From NCBI GenBank assembly GCA_023247725.1, contig JAHFFW010000010.1, forward strand, positions 7,734-71,733: a stretch of DNA of 64,000 nt. Reading direction: 5' to 3'. Below the pieces are notes generated by a model. That model ran no database searches, had not been told where the DNA came from, and saw only the letters and a program-made list of their open reading frames with translations. Made by a program: the position numbers and the translations under genes. Shown piece by piece: positions 43,775 through 55,732 of the stretch; positions within the stretch are counted from its first letter, which is position 1; each line of letters starts with the position of its first letter. This DNA is from Candidatus Omnitrophota bacterium. GTDB taxonomy: Bacteria > Omnitrophota > Gorgyraeia > Zapsychrales > JAHFFX01.

Positions 43775-46207
43775 GTGCATATGACCCCATCCCATGCTCC
43801 TGGCTGGCCTGGAATTGCCCCTCGCTGGACCTCCAGTGCGAAAAATGGCATTGGCACAGCCCATCGCCATCAAAGTCCTCTCTGGTTTACCCTCAGCCAC
43901 GGTATCTTAAACGAAATTTATTATCCCGGTATTGATCAGGCCTGTACGCGCGATATGGGATTGATCGTCACCAATGGAAAAGATTTTTTCTCTGAGGAAA
44001 AAAGGCACGCGAAAAGCCAAATCCGCTTCTTGACGGAAGGGGTTCCGGCTTATCAGTTGGTCAATACCTGTCATGAGGGCCGCTATATCATTGAAAAAGC
44101 GATTCTCGCTGATCCCAAGCGTCCGGTTTTATTGCAGAGGATCCGTTTCCAGCCGCGGAAAGGTTCACCAGGCGATGATCGTTTGTATGTTTTACTGGCG
44201 CCTCATTTAGGCAACTGCGGTTACGGCAACACCGCCTGGATTGACGATTACAAGGGTGTTCCCACGCTGTTCGCCAAAAGGGAAGGCTATGCGCTGGCCC
44301 TGGCGAGTTCCGCGGCGTGGCTTAAACGCAGCGTGGGTTTTGTCGGTTTCTCCGACGGGTGGCAGGATTTATCCGTCCATAAACAACTCACCCGGGATTA
44401 CACGCTGGCGGAAAATGGCAATGTGGCCTTAACCGGAGAAATCGATTGGCAGCCCACGGGCGGAGAATTCATCCTGGCCTTAGGGTTTGGCGTTGACGCA
44501 GCGGAGGCAGCCCATCGCGCCCGCAGCTCGCTGCAGGAGGGTTTTGACATCGCCCAGGCCCTCTACACTCAAGCGTGGAAACATTGGCAAAATTCCCTCC
44601 TCAATCTGGATAAACCAAGGGTCGGTGATAAGAACAATATCTACCGCGCGAGCACGATCGTCATGCGGTCTCATGAGTCGACCAATTTTCCCGGCGGAAT
44701 GATTGCGAGCCTGTCGGTCCCCTGGGGTTTTGACAAAGGCGACGAAGATCTGGGAGGTTACCATCTGGTGTGGCCGCGCGACCTGGTGCAAACCGCCGGT
44801 GGACTTCTGGCCGCGGGCGCCCACGAAAATGCGCGTCGGGTGCTGAGCTTTTTCCAGGCCACTCAAGAAGCAGACGGCCACTGGGGACAAAATATGTGGT
44901 TGGATGGAACTCCCTATTGGAATGGAATTCAAATGGATGAGACGGCCTTGCCTATTCTCCTTGTGGATTTGGCCTGGCGCGAAAAGGCCTTGACGCAAGA
45001 AGATCGATGGCGATTTTGGCCGATGGTTCGGCAGGCGGCGATTTATTTGCTTCGTAACGGTCCCATCAGCCCGCAGGACCGATGGGAAGAAGTGTCGGGT
45101 TATTCGCCTTTTACCGTCGCAACGGAAATCGTGGCCTTACTGGTGGCCGCTGAATTGGCGGAATTGAATCAGGAGTCCTCGACGGCATTGTATCTTCGCG
45201 AAGTCGCCGACAATTGGTACGCCGCAATTGACCGCTGGATGTATGTCACGGACAACGATTGGTCCCGGAAATATCAAGTGGACGGTTACTACATTCGCAT
45301 TGCGACCATGGATGCGGGGCAGGAGATTAGCGGTCAGGAAAAAATTTTTGTAAAAAATGTGACTTGTGATGAAGCCGTGCAATTGGCCGACCATTTGGTC
45401 AGTCCAGATGCGTTAGCCCTGGTTCGTTTTGGGTTGCGTGCCCCGGATGATTCCCGGATCCTCAATACAATCAAAATTATTGACGCCTTGTTAAAAACCG
45501 AAACCCCCGGCGGTTCCATCTGGCACCGATATAACGGTGACGGTTACGGCGAGCATGCCGATGGTTCCGCATTTGATGGAACCGGCCTTGGCCGGGCCTG
45601 GCCCTTACTCACTGGCGAACGGGCGCACTATGAGCTGGCGGCCGGCCATAAAGAGGAAGCGAGGAAACTTTTAAAGGCCATGGAATTTTTTGCTAACGAG
45701 GGAGGCCTTATTCCGGAACAAATCTGGGATGCGGGTGATATTCCTGAGCACGGGCTTTATTTTGGCCGGCCTTCCGGCTCAGCCATGCCTTTGGTATGGG
45801 CGCATGCCGAGTATGTCAAACTGCTGCGTTCTTTGCGCGACGGAACCATCTTTGACCTGCCGCCGCAAACCGTGCAACGGTATCTGGTCGATCAAGCGGT
45901 CTCGCCTCACACCCTTTGGCGTTTGAATTATCAGCGCCCGTCCATGCCTTGCGGTAAGATCCTGAGGGTTGAGACGATCGCGCCTGTTCTGGTTCACTGG
46001 AGCGCGGACAATTGGAGAACCTCGTCGGACGAAAGAGCGTTCGATACAGGCTTGGGAATTCATGTTGCCGATTTACCGACGCAAAAGCTTTCGGCGGGAC
46101 AAAAGATTCAATTCACGCTGTATTGGCCGCAGGCGAATCGCTGGGAAGGAACAGATTTTTCTGTCGATGTCGTTCCGGATAAAGAAAAACCAGGAAGACA
46201 ATCATGA
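43775..46207 (+). CDS. glucoamylase / glucodextranase-type glycoside hydrolase family 15 protein
   Basis: N-terminal beta-sandwich domain plus (alpha/alpha)6 catalytic region with GGYHLVWPRDLVQTAGGLLAAG...WNGIQMDETA...WEEVSGYSPFT, typical of prokaryotic GH15 enzymes. Confidence 0.75.
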   Translation: MHMTPSHAPGWPGIAPRWTSSAKNGIGTAHRHQSPLWFTLSHGILNEIYYPGIDQACTRDMGLIVTNGKDFFSEEKRHAKSQIRFLTEGVPAYQLVNTCHEGRYIIEKAILADPKRPVLLQRIRFQPRKGSPGDDRLYVLLAPHLGNCGYGNTAWIDDYKGVPTLFAKREGYALALASSAAWLKRSVGFVGFSDGWQDLSVHKQLTRDYTLAENGNVALTGEIDWQPTGGEFILALGFGVDAAEAAHRARSSLQEGFDIAQALYTQAWKHWQNSLLNLDKPRVGDKNNIYRASTIVMRSHESTNFPGGMIASLSVPWGFDKGDEDLGGYHLVWPRDLVQTAGGLLAAGAHENARRVLSFFQATQEADGHWGQNMWLDGTPYWNGIQMDETALPILLVDLAWREKALTQEDRWRFWPMVRQAAIYLLRNGPISPQDRWEEVSGYSPFTVATEIVALLVAAELAELNQESSTALYLREVADNWYAAIDRWMYVTDNDWSRKYQVDGYYIRIATMDAGQEISGQEKIFVKNVTCDEAVQLADHLVSPDALALVRFGLRAPDDSRILNTIKIIDALLKTETPGGSIWHRYNGDGYGEHADGSAFDGTGLGRAWPLLTGERAHYELAAGHKEEARKLLKAMEFFANEGGLIPEQIWDAGDIPEHGLYFGRPSGSAMPLVWAHAEYVKLLRSLRDGTIFDLPPQTVQRYLVDQAVSPHTLWRLNYQRPSMPCGKILRVETIAPVLVHWSADNWRTSSDERAFDTGLGIHVADLPTQKLSAGQKIQFTLYWPQANRWEGTDFSVDVVPDKEKPGRQS

Positions 46208-47313
46208 AAGCCATCGCGGTTTTTCCTGACGAAAAAAAAGTCAGATTGATCGACCATGCGCCTGCGAAGATAATGGGTCCCACGCAAGTGAAAATCCGCA
46301 TGCTCGAAGTGGGCGTCTGCGGCACCGACCGGGATATTTGCAATTTTCAATATGGAGCGCCGCCGGCCAATTCCCCTTATTTGGTCATTGGCCATGAATC
46401 GTTGGGAGAGGTGGTGGACGTGGGGCCGGAGGTCTCGCGGGTGGGCGTCGGAGATTTGGTGGTCCTCATGGTTCGACGACCTTGTCCCCATGAGGATTGT
46501 TTTGCCTGCCGCAATGGCCGACAGGATTTTTGTTCGACCGGCGACTTCACGGAACGAGGGATCAAGGAAGTCCACGGTTTCATGACCGAATTTGTCGTCG
46601 ATAGTGAGGAATATGTGAATCGAGTTCCCGCCAATCTGCGGGAGGTGGCGATCCTGACGGAGCCCTTGACCATTGCCGAAAAGGCCCTGATTGAGGTGCG
46701 GCAAGTCCAAGAGCGATTACCCTGGGGGCCGCATCCCGCGGGGCAACCGCTCGGCTATTGCCACAAAGCCGTTGTGCTGGGGGCGGGCCCGGTGGGTCTG
46801 CTCGGGGCCATGGTGCTATTGCATGCCGGGTTTGCAACCTATGTTTATTCGCGCGGTTCATTAGCGAGTCCCGAGGCAGCTTTGGTCCAATCGATCGGGG
46901 CCGTTTTCATTTCATCGTCGACAGATTCCCCCGCGGATTTGCAAAAGAAGGTGGGCCAAATCGATTTGGTCTATGAGGCCACTGGTGCGGCCCAGATTTC
47001 TTTTGAGGTGATGGAAGTTTTGGGCGCCAACAGTGTGATGGTCTTTACGGGAATTCCCGGATTGAAAGCCCCCATTGCCGTGGACGCAGATCTCATCATG
47101 CGAAACCTGGTTTTGAAGAACCAAATATTTTTTGGAACGGTCAATGCCAACCGGGCCGCCTTTGAATATGCGATCAGGGATCTGGGCGCATTGATGGAGA
47201 AGTGGCCGCAGGCGGTGCGGTCGCTCATCAGCGGACGCTATCCTCTCGAATCCTATGAGGACATTCTTCTGGGCCCGAAAAAAGGAATTAAAAATGTTTT
47301 CTTGTTTGAGTGA
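46204..47313 (+). CDS. Zn-dependent medium-chain dehydrogenase, glucose 1-dehydrogenase-like
   Basis: VGVCGTDRDI...GHESLGEVVDVG (catalytic Zn site), CPHEDCFACRNGRQDFC (structural Zn), VLGAGPVGLLG (NAD(P) fold). Resembles archaeal-type glucose dehydrogenases. Confidence 0.65.
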   Translation: MKAIAVFPDEKKVRLIDHAPAKIMGPTQVKIRMLEVGVCGTDRDICNFQYGAPPANSPYLVIGHESLGEVVDVGPEVSRVGVGDLVVLMVRRPCPHEDCFACRNGRQDFCSTGDFTERGIKEVHGFMTEFVVDSEEYVNRVPANLREVAILTEPLTIAEKALIEVRQVQERLPWGPHPAGQPLGYCHKAVVLGAGPVGLLGAMVLLHAGFATYVYSRGSLASPEAALVQSIGAVFISSSTDSPADLQKKVGQIDLVYEATGAAQISFEVMEVLGANSVMVFTGIPGLKAPIAVDADLIMRNLVLKNQIFFGTVNANRAAFEYAIRDLGALMEKWPQAVRSLISGRYPLESYEDILLGPKKGIKNVFLFE

Positions 47314-48011
47314 AACCCGGAGGCAGCGTGGCTTCTGATTGGATCGATATTTCCCTCACCCTCAAATCCGCAATGGTGCACTGGCCCGGAGATCCTGAGG
47401 TTCAGATCACACCGGTGCATGAAATCGCCAGAGGGGCACAAGCGAATGTCTCGCATCTTTCCCTGGGTTCGCACACCGGGACCCACATGGATGCGCCCTA
47501 TCATTTTTTGGCTTCGGGAAAAGGCATCGATCAGTTGCCCTTCAATGCAACCATTGGTCCTGCCCGAGTGATTGAAATTCACGATCGGGTTTCGATCAAG
47601 CCAGAGGAATTGAAGGCCCATAGAATCCGTCGAGGCGAGCGGATTTTATTGAAGACCTATAATTCCCAACACCACTGGAAGCGCACGGCCTTCGTGGAAG
47701 ATTTTGTATACATTTCGCCCAACGCCGCGCGATTCCTGGCCCAACGCCAAATAAAAAGTGTCGGCATTGATTATCTTTCCGTGGGAGGCTTCCACGATGA
47801 TGGCGCAGCCACGCATCGTGCGCTTTTAGGTGCCGGCATTTGGATTATGGAAGGGCTTAACCTTGCGAAGGTGAAATCCGGCCTCTATGAGCTCATCTGT
47901 CTTCCACTCAAATTGCATCACGGCGACGGGGCTCCGGCCCGGGCCATTGTCCAGCCTATCATAGAGAAGAGAAGGGGTGTGGTATGGAAATCAAAAAGGA
48001 ATGGGGATTGA
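47310..48011 (+). CDS. cyclase family protein (kynurenine formamidase-like)
   Basis: SLGSHTGTHMDAPYHF (HxGTHxDxPxH cyclase motif). GTG start. Confidence 0.7.
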   Translation: MKPGGSVASDWIDISLTLKSAMVHWPGDPEVQITPVHEIARGAQANVSHLSLGSHTGTHMDAPYHFLASGKGIDQLPFNATIGPARVIEIHDRVSIKPEELKAHRIRRGERILLKTYNSQHHWKRTAFVEDFVYISPNAARFLAQRQIKSVGIDYLSVGGFHDDGAATHRALLGAGIWIMEGLNLAKVKSGLYELICLPLKLHHGDGAPARAIVQPIIEKRRGVVWKSKRNGD

Positions 48012-48955
48012 TCGGTTTGGGCCGGATGGGAGGCAATCTGGCTTTGCAGGCGATGCAAAAAGGCATGAAGGTGGTCGGCTACGATCTTAAGCAAGCCTCC
48101 GAAGAATTAATCAACGCCGGATTTATTCAGGTGCAGAATTTAGAAGACTTCCAAAAGAATCTTTCCCGGCCAAGAGCGATTTTTCTTTATATTCCTGCCG
48201 GTCCGGCGGTTGACTCTGTCTTGGCAGCCCTGACCGCAAAACTGGAGACCGGAGATATCATTGTCGACGGAGGAAATTCCTATTGGGGCGATTCTATCCG
48301 TCGGTATGAGCGATTGAAGAGCAAGGGGATTCATTTTGTGGATCTGGGAACGAGCGGCGGCGTCGAGGGAGCGCGCCAGGGTGCCTGTTTCATGGCGGGC
48401 GGAGAAAGCCAGGCGATGGAGAGGATCGAACCGATTTTAAAGGATCTGGCCGTGGCCGACGGTTATGTGCATGCCGGCCCACCGGGCGCGGGACATTTCA
48501 CCAAGCTCGTTCATAACGGGATTGAATTCGGAATGCTGCAGGCCATTGGTGAAGGCGTGGATTTATTGGAGCATTACCAGGATCGTCTCGATGTGGCGGA
48601 GATCTTGCGCTCTTGGCGGCATGGCTCGGTCATTCGTTCCTGGCTCGTCGATCTTATGGAAGCGGCATATAGAGGCGAAGGCGGCCTGGGAAAAATTCCG
48701 GCTTACGTGGAAGACACCGGCGAAGTCAATTGGCTGGTGGATGACGCCATTCACATGGAAGTTCCGGTACCGGTCATTGCCCAATCGGTGATGCAGCTTT
48801 TTACCTCGCGTGACGAGAAAAAGAATTGGGCTCGCGCCATTGCCATGATGCGCCACGGTTTCGGCGGTCATCCGTTCGGTCAAGATGAACGGATTGTTCG
48901 CGAACGTAAGGAAGGGCGCATCGGCGGATTCTATAAGGCGCCGGGAAATCAATGA
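47984..48955 (+). CDS. 6-phosphogluconate dehydrogenase (decarboxylating)-like, short form
   Basis: N-terminal GLIGLGRMGGNLA (NAD(P) GxGxxG), ...GTSGGVEGARQGACFMAGGE..., C-terminal all-helical domain. ~320 aa, like Gnd-like/YqeC proteins. Confidence 0.7.
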   Translation: MEIKKEWGLIGLGRMGGNLALQAMQKGMKVVGYDLKQASEELINAGFIQVQNLEDFQKNLSRPRAIFLYIPAGPAVDSVLAALTAKLETGDIIVDGGNSYWGDSIRRYERLKSKGIHFVDLGTSGGVEGARQGACFMAGGESQAMERIEPILKDLAVADGYVHAGPPGAGHFTKLVHNGIEFGMLQAIGEGVDLLEHYQDRLDVAEILRSWRHGSVIRSWLVDLMEAAYRGEGGLGKIPAYVEDTGEVNWLVDDAIHMEVPVPVIAQSVMQLFTSRDEKKNWARAIAMMRHGFGGHPFGQDERIVRERKEGRIGGFYKAPGNQ

Positions 48956-49241
48956 AGCATGAATAAACTACAATAGCTTTGGTTTAACCCCTTGATGGGA
49001 CGTGAGAACCCATTTTAATCCGCCCATCCGTTTCGATTAACCTCGTCGGAAATCTCCCCACTTAGCCCGAAGTGCATTTACGCTCTAAAACCCTTGCGAT
49101 TAATAGTTGCAAGGATTTTTTTGCGGCTTTGCTTATTTTTCATTAAATCCTCGTCAGATTTGACCACCCGCTTGGATATTCAATTTGACTATCAAAGTAA
49201 TTTATGTTGATATTCAAAATAAATTATGGCATATTGGGAAC

Positions 49242-49712
49242 ATGAAAACTCGTATCCATCCAGAAGCCAAGAACGTGGCAGCGATTTTTTTCCCCACGTC
49301 TGCTGCCTTTTTACGGCTGATGCACGCTAGCCGTATGGTCCCCGAAGGCCTGACTCAGCAACAAATTAAAATTATTATGGAACTGAGCATCACCAGCCGA
49401 TTAAGGCTCTCGGATCTTTCCCGATGCGCGGCAGTGACACATGGCACAATGACGGTCGCCGTCCAGAAACTTCTTAAAAAAGGGCTCATCGTCAAAACCA
49501 AAGACCCGAAAGACAACCGGGCTATCGGTCTGTCCTTGACCGCTAAGGGGAAGACCATCAGTAAGCAGATAGAGAAGGGGACCGAAGATCTGTTCCATAT
49601 GGTTTGTGAGGAACTTTCTAAAGTGGAACGCAAGAAGCTGATTGAGAGCTTTCGTTTTTTATTGAAAACCTATCAAAAGATTCTTGAAAAGAAAGGTGCT
49701 TTAAAAGAATGA
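49242..49712 (+). CDS. MarR family transcriptional regulator
   Basis: LTQQQIKIIMELSITSRLRLSDLSRCAAVTHGTMTVAVQKLLKKGLIVKTKDPKDNRAIGLSLTAKG is a MarR wHTH. Lies upstream of the RND pump genes. A sigma70-like promoter TTGACT-17-TGATAT with a palindromic element is at ~49175-49215. Confidence 0.7.
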   Translation: MKTRIHPEAKNVAAIFFPTSAAFLRLMHASRMVPEGLTQQQIKIIMELSITSRLRLSDLSRCAAVTHGTMTVAVQKLLKKGLIVKTKDPKDNRAIGLSLTAKGKTISKQIEKGTEDLFHMVCEELSKVERKKLIESFRFLLKTYQKILEKKGALKE

Positions 49713-49718
49713 GTAAAA

Positions 49719-50849
49719 ATGAGTAAATCCGTTTATCTATGTCTAGGATTGAGTTTAGTTTTATTATCCGCCGGTTGTCGACCTAAAACTCCGGAGGCGA
49801 GAGAGGCCCCTGCGCCCGAGGTGGGCGTGGTGACGATCACCTCTGAATCTTTGCCAATCATAACGGAATTACCAGGACGCTTGAATGCCGTTCGGAGCGC
49901 CGAGGTCCGGGCCAGGGCCACCGGTATTTTATTGAAAAGAACATTTGAAGAAGGCGCCGATGTTAAAGAAGGCCAGGTGCTTTTTCAAATCGATCCGGCC
50001 CCGCTGCAAGCCAGTTATGACAGCGCCCAGGCATCTTTATCCAAGGCAAAAGCGGTACTGGAACAAGCGGAAGGCAAGGCTAAACGGTTCAAATCTTTAC
50101 TCGATATTCGTGCCGTCAGCCAACAGGACTACGACGACATAATGTCCCTGACTTTGCAAAGTAAGGCGGATTTGGAGTTGGCGAAAGCCGCATTGGAAAC
50201 CGCGCGGTTGAATCTCGGTTATGCAACCGTGACCGCTCCCATTACGGGCCGCATCGGGACCGCGAAGGTCACCGAAGGCGCACTGGTCAGCCAGACGGCC
50301 GGAACGGAATTAGCGGTCATTCAGCAATTGGATCCCATCTATTTTGATTTTACCCAATCGAGTACGGAAGTGCTTCGTTTAAAACAGGCCTTTGAGGGTG
50401 GCAAACTAAAGAGTGTTGCCCCCGGGCAGGCCAAGGTCACTTTGTTATTGGAAGACGGAACAACTTATCCGCTTCCTGGAAAATTACTTTTCTCCGGCAT
50501 CAGTGTTGAGGCAACGACGGGGATGATTACATTAAGGGCTGAATTTCCTAACCCCGATGATCTACTTTTGCCAGGCATGTTCGCCCGAGGACAATTGGAA
50601 CAGGCCGTGGATTCCAAGGCAATTAAAGCCCCCCAGCGGGGAGTGACGCTGGGCCCGAGTGGTACAGCCACGGCGATGGTCGTTACGCAAGACAATAAAG
50701 TTGAATCGAGACCAATTAGAATATCTTCCGCCATCGGCGATCAATGGGTCGTGTCTTCCGGATTACAGGCTGGAGATAAAATTATTGTAGAAGGTTTACA
50801 AAAAGTTAAACCGGGAATGACGGTCCACCCGGTTTCGTTTACCCCGTAG
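49719..50849 (+). CDS. RND efflux pump periplasmic adaptor subunit (AcrA/MexA family lipoprotein)
   Basis: Lipobox LLSAGC. Coiled-coil and lipoyl/beta-barrel MFP pattern (GRLNAVRSAEVRARATGIL...VLFQIDPAPLQA). Confidence 0.8.
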   Translation: MSKSVYLCLGLSLVLLSAGCRPKTPEAREAPAPEVGVVTITSESLPIITELPGRLNAVRSAEVRARATGILLKRTFEEGADVKEGQVLFQIDPAPLQASYDSAQASLSKAKAVLEQAEGKAKRFKSLLDIRAVSQQDYDDIMSLTLQSKADLELAKAALETARLNLGYATVTAPITGRIGTAKVTEGALVSQTAGTELAVIQQLDPIYFDFTQSSTEVLRLKQAFEGGKLKSVAPGQAKVTLLLEDGTTYPLPGKLLFSGISVEATTGMITLRAEFPNPDDLLLPGMFARGQLEQAVDSKAIKAPQRGVTLGPSGTATAMVVTQDNKVESRPIRISSAIGDQWVVSSGLQAGDKIIVEGLQKVKPGMTVHPVSFTP

Positions 50850-51002
50850 AGGGAAGGCCGCCGACGAAGTCAGCAGTTTCATCTAGAATTTTTTTAGGAT
50901 GGTTTAGAGCGACCCACGAAAACACCCCTTTATACGGGGTTTATTCCGACGGGTGTGAATAGTTCACAAGCCCTGGCGCCCGCAAATCCATTAGAGAACG
51001 AT

Positions 51003-54000
51003 ATGGCCAAATTTTTTATCGATCGCCCGATTTTCGCTTGGGTTGTTTCTTTATTGATTATCATTTTAGGTGCTATTGCCATCACGCAATTGCCGGTGGC
51101 TCAATATCCGAGCGTTGCCCCGCCTTCCATTTCGATTAACACCAGTTATGCAGGGGCCTCGGCGGAAACTTTACAGAATACCGTTACCTCTATTATTGAA
51201 CAGCAAATGAACGGCATTGATCATCTGCTGTACATGTCTTCCAGCAGTAATGCCAGCGGACAGTCCACGATCACTCTGAGTTTTCAGCCCGGCACTAATC
51301 CTGACGTAGCCCAGGTGCAGGTGCAAAATAAACTGCAATTGGCCCTGCCGAGTTTACCTCAAGTTGTTCAACAGTCCGGAGTCACGGTCGCTAAATCCAC
51401 CCGCAATTATTTGATGTTTTTTACTCTTTCATCCCTGGATGGAAGCATGGACGAAATTGCTTTAGGTAACTATATCGCTTCCAGCGTGCTTGATCCTATC
51501 CGTCGGGTGACCGGGGTAGGGGAAGCGAACATGTTTGGGACGGAAAATGCGATGCGCATCTGGCTTAATCCGCAGAAGCTTTATAGTTTTAATATGACGG
51601 CCAATGACGTGATTGCCGCCATCGGTGCGCAAAATATTCAGGTCCCCATCGGCCAGTTAGGCGGGCGTCCTTCCATTGCGGGCCAGCAGTTAAATGTGAC
51701 TTTGCAGGGTCAAAGCACGTTAAGGAACCCGGAAGAATTCGGGAATATCCTTTTGCGGGTGAATCCCGACGGCTCAACGGTGTATTTGCGCGATGTGGCC
51801 AAGGTGGCCTTGGGCGGTTTGGATTATACGACCCAGGCCCGCGTGAACGGTCGTCCTTCGGCGGCGGTTGCGATCAAGCTTTCTCCGACGGCAAATGCGG
51901 TTGCCACCGCCGATGCCGTGCGGGCCAAGGTGAAGGAACTTTCCAAATTTTTCCCGGCCGGTGTACGGGTCGATTATCCCTTGGACCAGTCGGCGTTCGT
52001 GCGCATTTCCATTGAGGAAGTCGTCAAAACGCTTTTGATTGCGATTTTTCTGGTCTTTTTAGTCATTTATCTGTTTTTGCAAAATATTCGCGCCACCTTG
52101 ATCCCGACGATTGTTGTGCCGGTGGCTTTGATGGGGACCTTTGTCATTTTAAAGTTCTGTAGCTTTTCGATCAATGTCTTAACCATGTTCGGTATGGTTT
52201 TGGCGATCGGCATTTTGGTGGATGACGCCATTGTCGTCGTTGAGAACGTCGAACGGATTATGAGTGAGGAAGGACTCTTCCCCCGAGAAGCCAGCCGCAA
52301 GGCCATGGACCAAATCACCGGCGCTTTGATCGGCATCAGCTTGGTTTTAACCGCCGTGTTTATTCCGATGGCCTTCTTTGGCGGATCAGTCGGGGCCATT
52401 TACCGTCAATTTTCTTTGTCCTTGATCTCCTCGATGTTATTTTCCATTTTTTTAGCGATGTCTTTGACGCCGGCCTTGTGCGCATCCTTGCTTAAACCCG
52501 TCGAGAAAGGCCACAAGCACGAGAAAAAGGGATTCTTCGGCTGGTTTAATCACGGTTTTAAGAAAGGCACGGACAAATATCAAACGCTCGTAGGCCGTAC
52601 CCTTAAAACAACGTGGCCGTATCTTCTGCTTTATTTATTGATTGTTATTGTCGTAGGTTGGCTCTATGTCGGCTTGCCCTCATCATTCTTGCCCGAGGAG
52701 GATCAGGGGTACTTCATCACCAGTATTTCTTTGCCTGTCGGGGCAACTCAGGAGCGCACCTTGGAAGTTTTAAAGCAGGTAGAGGACTATTTTCTTAAAC
52801 AATCGGAAACGGAAAGTATTATTACCGTGGCTGGTTTTAGTTTCAACGGACGCGGCCAGAATTCCGCCCTTTCCTTTATCCGTTTGAAAGATTGGAAAGA
52901 ACGTCCGGGCGATGAACATAAGACGCCGGCCATTATCCACCGGTCATTCGGCGCTTTTGCCAGAATCAAAGACGCTATTATTTTTCCCATCAACCTGCCG
53001 CCGATTCCGGAATTGGGGACCTCGTCCGGATTTGATCTTCAGCTGGAAGACCAATCCGGACTGGGGCATGAAAAACTGATGGCTGCCCGGGATCAATTAA
53101 TGGCCTTGGCGGCAAAAAATCCGAATGTGGCAGCGGTCCGGATGCAGGGCTTGGAGGATGCGTCGCAGTTGAAAATTCATATCCAAAAAGACAAGGCCAG
53201 CGCCATGGGGGTTTCCTTGGCAGATATCAATACCGCCCTCCAGGCTAATATGGGTTCATTCTATGTCAATAATTTTGTTAACGGCAATCGCGTGCAGCGG
53301 GTCATTGTTCAATTAGAGGCGCCGTATCGAATGCTGCCGGATGATATCGGTAAGATATATGTCCGGAATCATCAGGGCCAAATGGTTTCTCTGGCCGAGC
53401 TGATCGAACTGGAGTGGACATACGGTTCGCCGCAGCTGCAACGTTATAACGGGTTTCCGGCGATAGAGATCGTCGGTTCGGCACCTCCCGGCAAAAGCAC
53501 CGGTCATGCCATGAACGCGATGGAAGATATGGTCAAACAATTACCCGCGGGATTCGGCTTTGAATGGAGCGGACAATCCTACGAGGAACGACTCTCCGGC
53601 GCGCAGGCACCGGCATTATATGCGATTTCTTTAATCGTCGTATTTTTAGCTTTAGCGGCGTTGTATGAAAGCTGGTCGATTCCTTTTGCCGTTATGCTCG
53701 TTGTTCCCTTAGGTGTCCTGGGATCTTTGCTGGCAGCAAACATACGCGGGTTGCCTAACGACGTTTATTTTAAAGTAGGGCTTTTGGCGATCATCGGTTT
53801 GTCGACGAAAAACGCGATCCTTATTGTTGAATTTGCGAAAGACCTGCAGGCGCAGGGAAAGAGCTTGGTTGAGGCAACGCTAGAAGCGGTCCATTTGCGA
53901 TTGCGTCCGATTTTAATGACATCGTTCGCTTTTATCCTCGGAGTTATGCCTTTGGCTTTAAGCACCGGCGCCGGCTCGGCCAGTCAGCATGCCATTGGCA

Positions 54001-54173
54001 CCGGCGTTGCCGGCGGGATGTTGACGGCGACCGTTTTAGCGATTTTTTTGGTTCCCGTGTTTTTTGTATCGGTGAGAAGTCTATTTAAACCCAAAACGCC
54101 GGCTCACCGTTTATCGGATGAGGATAAAATATTCAATGAAGCTGTTTTTAAAGATGCGGACACCCCGTCATGA
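51003..54173 (+). CDS. RND multidrug efflux transporter permease (AcrB/MexB family)
   Basis: [27 protein letters not shown]... 12-TM ~1050-aa architecture with conserved AcrB N-terminus. Start at ATG 51003. Confidence 0.9.
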   Translation: MAKFFIDRPIFAWVVSLLIIILGAIAITQLPVAQYPSVAPPSISINTSYAGASAETLQNTVTSIIEQQMNGIDHLLYMSSSSNASGQSTITLSFQPGTNPDVAQVQVQNKLQLALPSLPQVVQQSGVTVAKSTRNYLMFFTLSSLDGSMDEIALGNYIASSVLDPIRRVTGVGEANMFGTENAMRIWLNPQKLYSFNMTANDVIAAIGAQNIQVPIGQLGGRPSIAGQQLNVTLQGQSTLRNPEEFGNILLRVNPDGSTVYLRDVAKVALGGLDYTTQARVNGRPSAAVAIKLSPTANAVATADAVRAKVKELSKFFPAGVRVDYPLDQSAFVRISIEEVVKTLLIAIFLVFLVIYLFLQNIRATLIPTIVVPVALMGTFVILKFCSFSINVLTMFGMVLAIGILVDDAIVVVENVERIMSEEGLFPREASRKAMDQITGALIGISLVLTAVFIPMAFFGGSVGAIYRQFSLSLISSMLFSIFLAMSLTPALCASLLKPVEKGHKHEKKGFFGWFNHGFKKGTDKYQTLVGRTLKTTWPYLLLYLLIVIVVGWLYVGLPSSFLPEEDQGYFITSISLPVGATQERTLEVLKQVEDYFLKQSETESIITVAGFSFNGRGQNSALSFIRLKDWKERPGDEHKTPAIIHRSFGAFARIKDAIIFPINLPPIPELGTSSGFDLQLEDQSGLGHEKLMAARDQLMALAAKNPNVAAVRMQGLEDASQLKIHIQKDKASAMGVSLADINTALQANMGSFYVNNFVNGNRVQRVIVQLEAPYRMLPDDIGKIYVRNHQGQMVSLAELIELEWTYGSPQLQRYNGFPAIEIVGSAPPGKSTGHAMNAMEDMVKQLPAGFGFEWSGQSYEERLSGAQAPALYAISLIVVFLALAALYESWSIPFAVMLVVPLGVLGSLLAANIRGLPNDVYFKVGLLAIIGLSTKNAILIVEFAKDLQAQGKSLVEATLEAVHLRLRPILMTSFAFILGVMPLALSTGAGSASQHAIGTGVAGGMLTATVLAIFLVPVFFVSVRSLFKPKTPAHRLSDEDKIFNEAVFKDADTPS

Positions 54174-55570
54174 ATAAATTCCGGTTGATCGGTGTCCTTA
54201 TATGTTTAACCGGTTGTACCTTGATCCCTGACTATCAGCGTCCCGGATTGCCGGTATCATCGGTCTGGCCGGGCCCGCCTTCCAACATCCAGTCTGAGGT
54301 TGTGGCAGATATCGGTTGGCGTGAATTCTTTGCCGACGAACGTCTGCAAAAACTCCTTGAATTAGCCCTGGCTAATAATCGCGATTTGCGTATTGCCGCA
54401 TTGAATGTCGAGCAAATCCGCGCGCAATACCGCATTTTTACTTATGCGTTTTTTCCCAGTCTCGACGGCAAGACAACGGTCCTTCGCCAGCGCGAGGTAT
54501 CATCGTCCGGACAATATACGACGAGCAGTAAATATAGCGTCGGTCTCAATACTTCTTATGAGATGGATTTATTTGGGCGCATTAGAAGTCTCAAGGCTCA
54601 GGCGCTGGAACAATATTTTGCAACCGACGAGGCTAGAAGAAGCGCCCAGATCGTTCTTGTTTCCGAGGTCGCCATTCAATATTTGAATGAACGCGCCTTG
54701 AATGAAGAATTGGTTTTGTCGCAGGAAACACTGAAATCGGTGCAGGCGTATTATGAATTAATTAAAAGCAGTTACGATCTAGGCCACAGGTCTGCATTGG
54801 ATCTGCATTCCGCTGAGGCCCAGGTCCAAACTGCCCAGGCTAATATTGCGGCGTATGAACGCCAGCACGCCCAAGCGGAAAACGCTTTGGTTTTTTTAAT
54901 CGGTCAGTCTTTGCCGGCTGATTTGCCGCCGCCGCAACCTTTGGCGACGCAGCGTTTGCTGAAGGATTTGACGCCGGGTCTACCCTCAGATTTATTGGAA
55001 CGCCGTCCGGATATACTTCAGGCAGAACATGAGTTGAAGGCAGCGAATGCGAATATTGGAGCGGCCCGCGCTGCATTCTTTCCAGAAATTACACTCACGG
55101 CCGCGGGCGGATCTGCCAGCGCGGAATTATCCAAACTTCTGACTCCCGGTTCAGAGGTCTGGAATTTTTCCCCGCAAATCACCATTCCTATTTTTAATCA
55201 GAATACCAATGCGGCTCAATTGGATGTCGCGCGTATTGGTAAATCCATCGCCGTGGCTCGATATGAAAAAGTCATCCAGAATGCTTTTCGAGAGGTTTCC
55301 AATGCGCTGGTCGCGACCGGCACGCTGCAGGATCAAGTCAAGGCTCAGAAGGCTTTAGTGGAGGCTCTAACTCAGCGCTACAAATTAGCCGACGAGCGTT
55401 ATCGCAATGGCGCCGATAGTTATTTGACGGTCTTAACCGCCCAGCAGGATCTTTATGCGGCCCAGCAGAATTTTATTCAGGTGGAATTTACCAGACTTGC
55501 TAATTTGGTGTCTTTCTATAACGCCCTCGGCGGCGGTTGGCAAGAGTCCACTCCCTCAAAAAGTCAGTAA
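54170..55570 (+). CDS. RND efflux outer membrane factor lipoprotein (OprM/NodT family)
   Basis: Lipobox LTGCTL. Two TolC-like repeats. Translationally coupled to the permease. Confidence 0.85.
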   Translation: MNKFRLIGVLICLTGCTLIPDYQRPGLPVSSVWPGPPSNIQSEVVADIGWREFFADERLQKLLELALANNRDLRIAALNVEQIRAQYRIFTYAFFPSLDGKTTVLRQREVSSSGQYTTSSKYSVGLNTSYEMDLFGRIRSLKAQALEQYFATDEARRSAQIVLVSEVAIQYLNERALNEELVLSQETLKSVQAYYELIKSSYDLGHRSALDLHSAEAQVQTAQANIAAYERQHAQAENALVFLIGQSLPADLPPPQPLATQRLLKDLTPGLPSDLLERRPDILQAEHELKAANANIGAARAAFFPEITLTAAGGSASAELSKLLTPGSEVWNFSPQITIPIFNQNTNAAQLDVARIGKSIAVARYEKVIQNAFREVSNALVATGTLQDQVKAQKALVEALTQRYKLADERYRNGADSYLTVLTAQQDLYAAQQNFIQVEFTRLANLVSFYNALGGGWQESTPSKSQ

Positions 55571-55732
55571 ATAGGTTCGGATTTGGTTCAGCCACAGACC
55601 CCAGGCTTCGTTCTATAAGATGAGATAAGAGCCGTATTACGTTCTTGACGCAATTTTCTATACGGCCTATAGTGTGACACGCAGTGTCGAAATCAAATAA
55701 GATTTTGCCGCACTGAAAAAAGGAAGGCAAAA

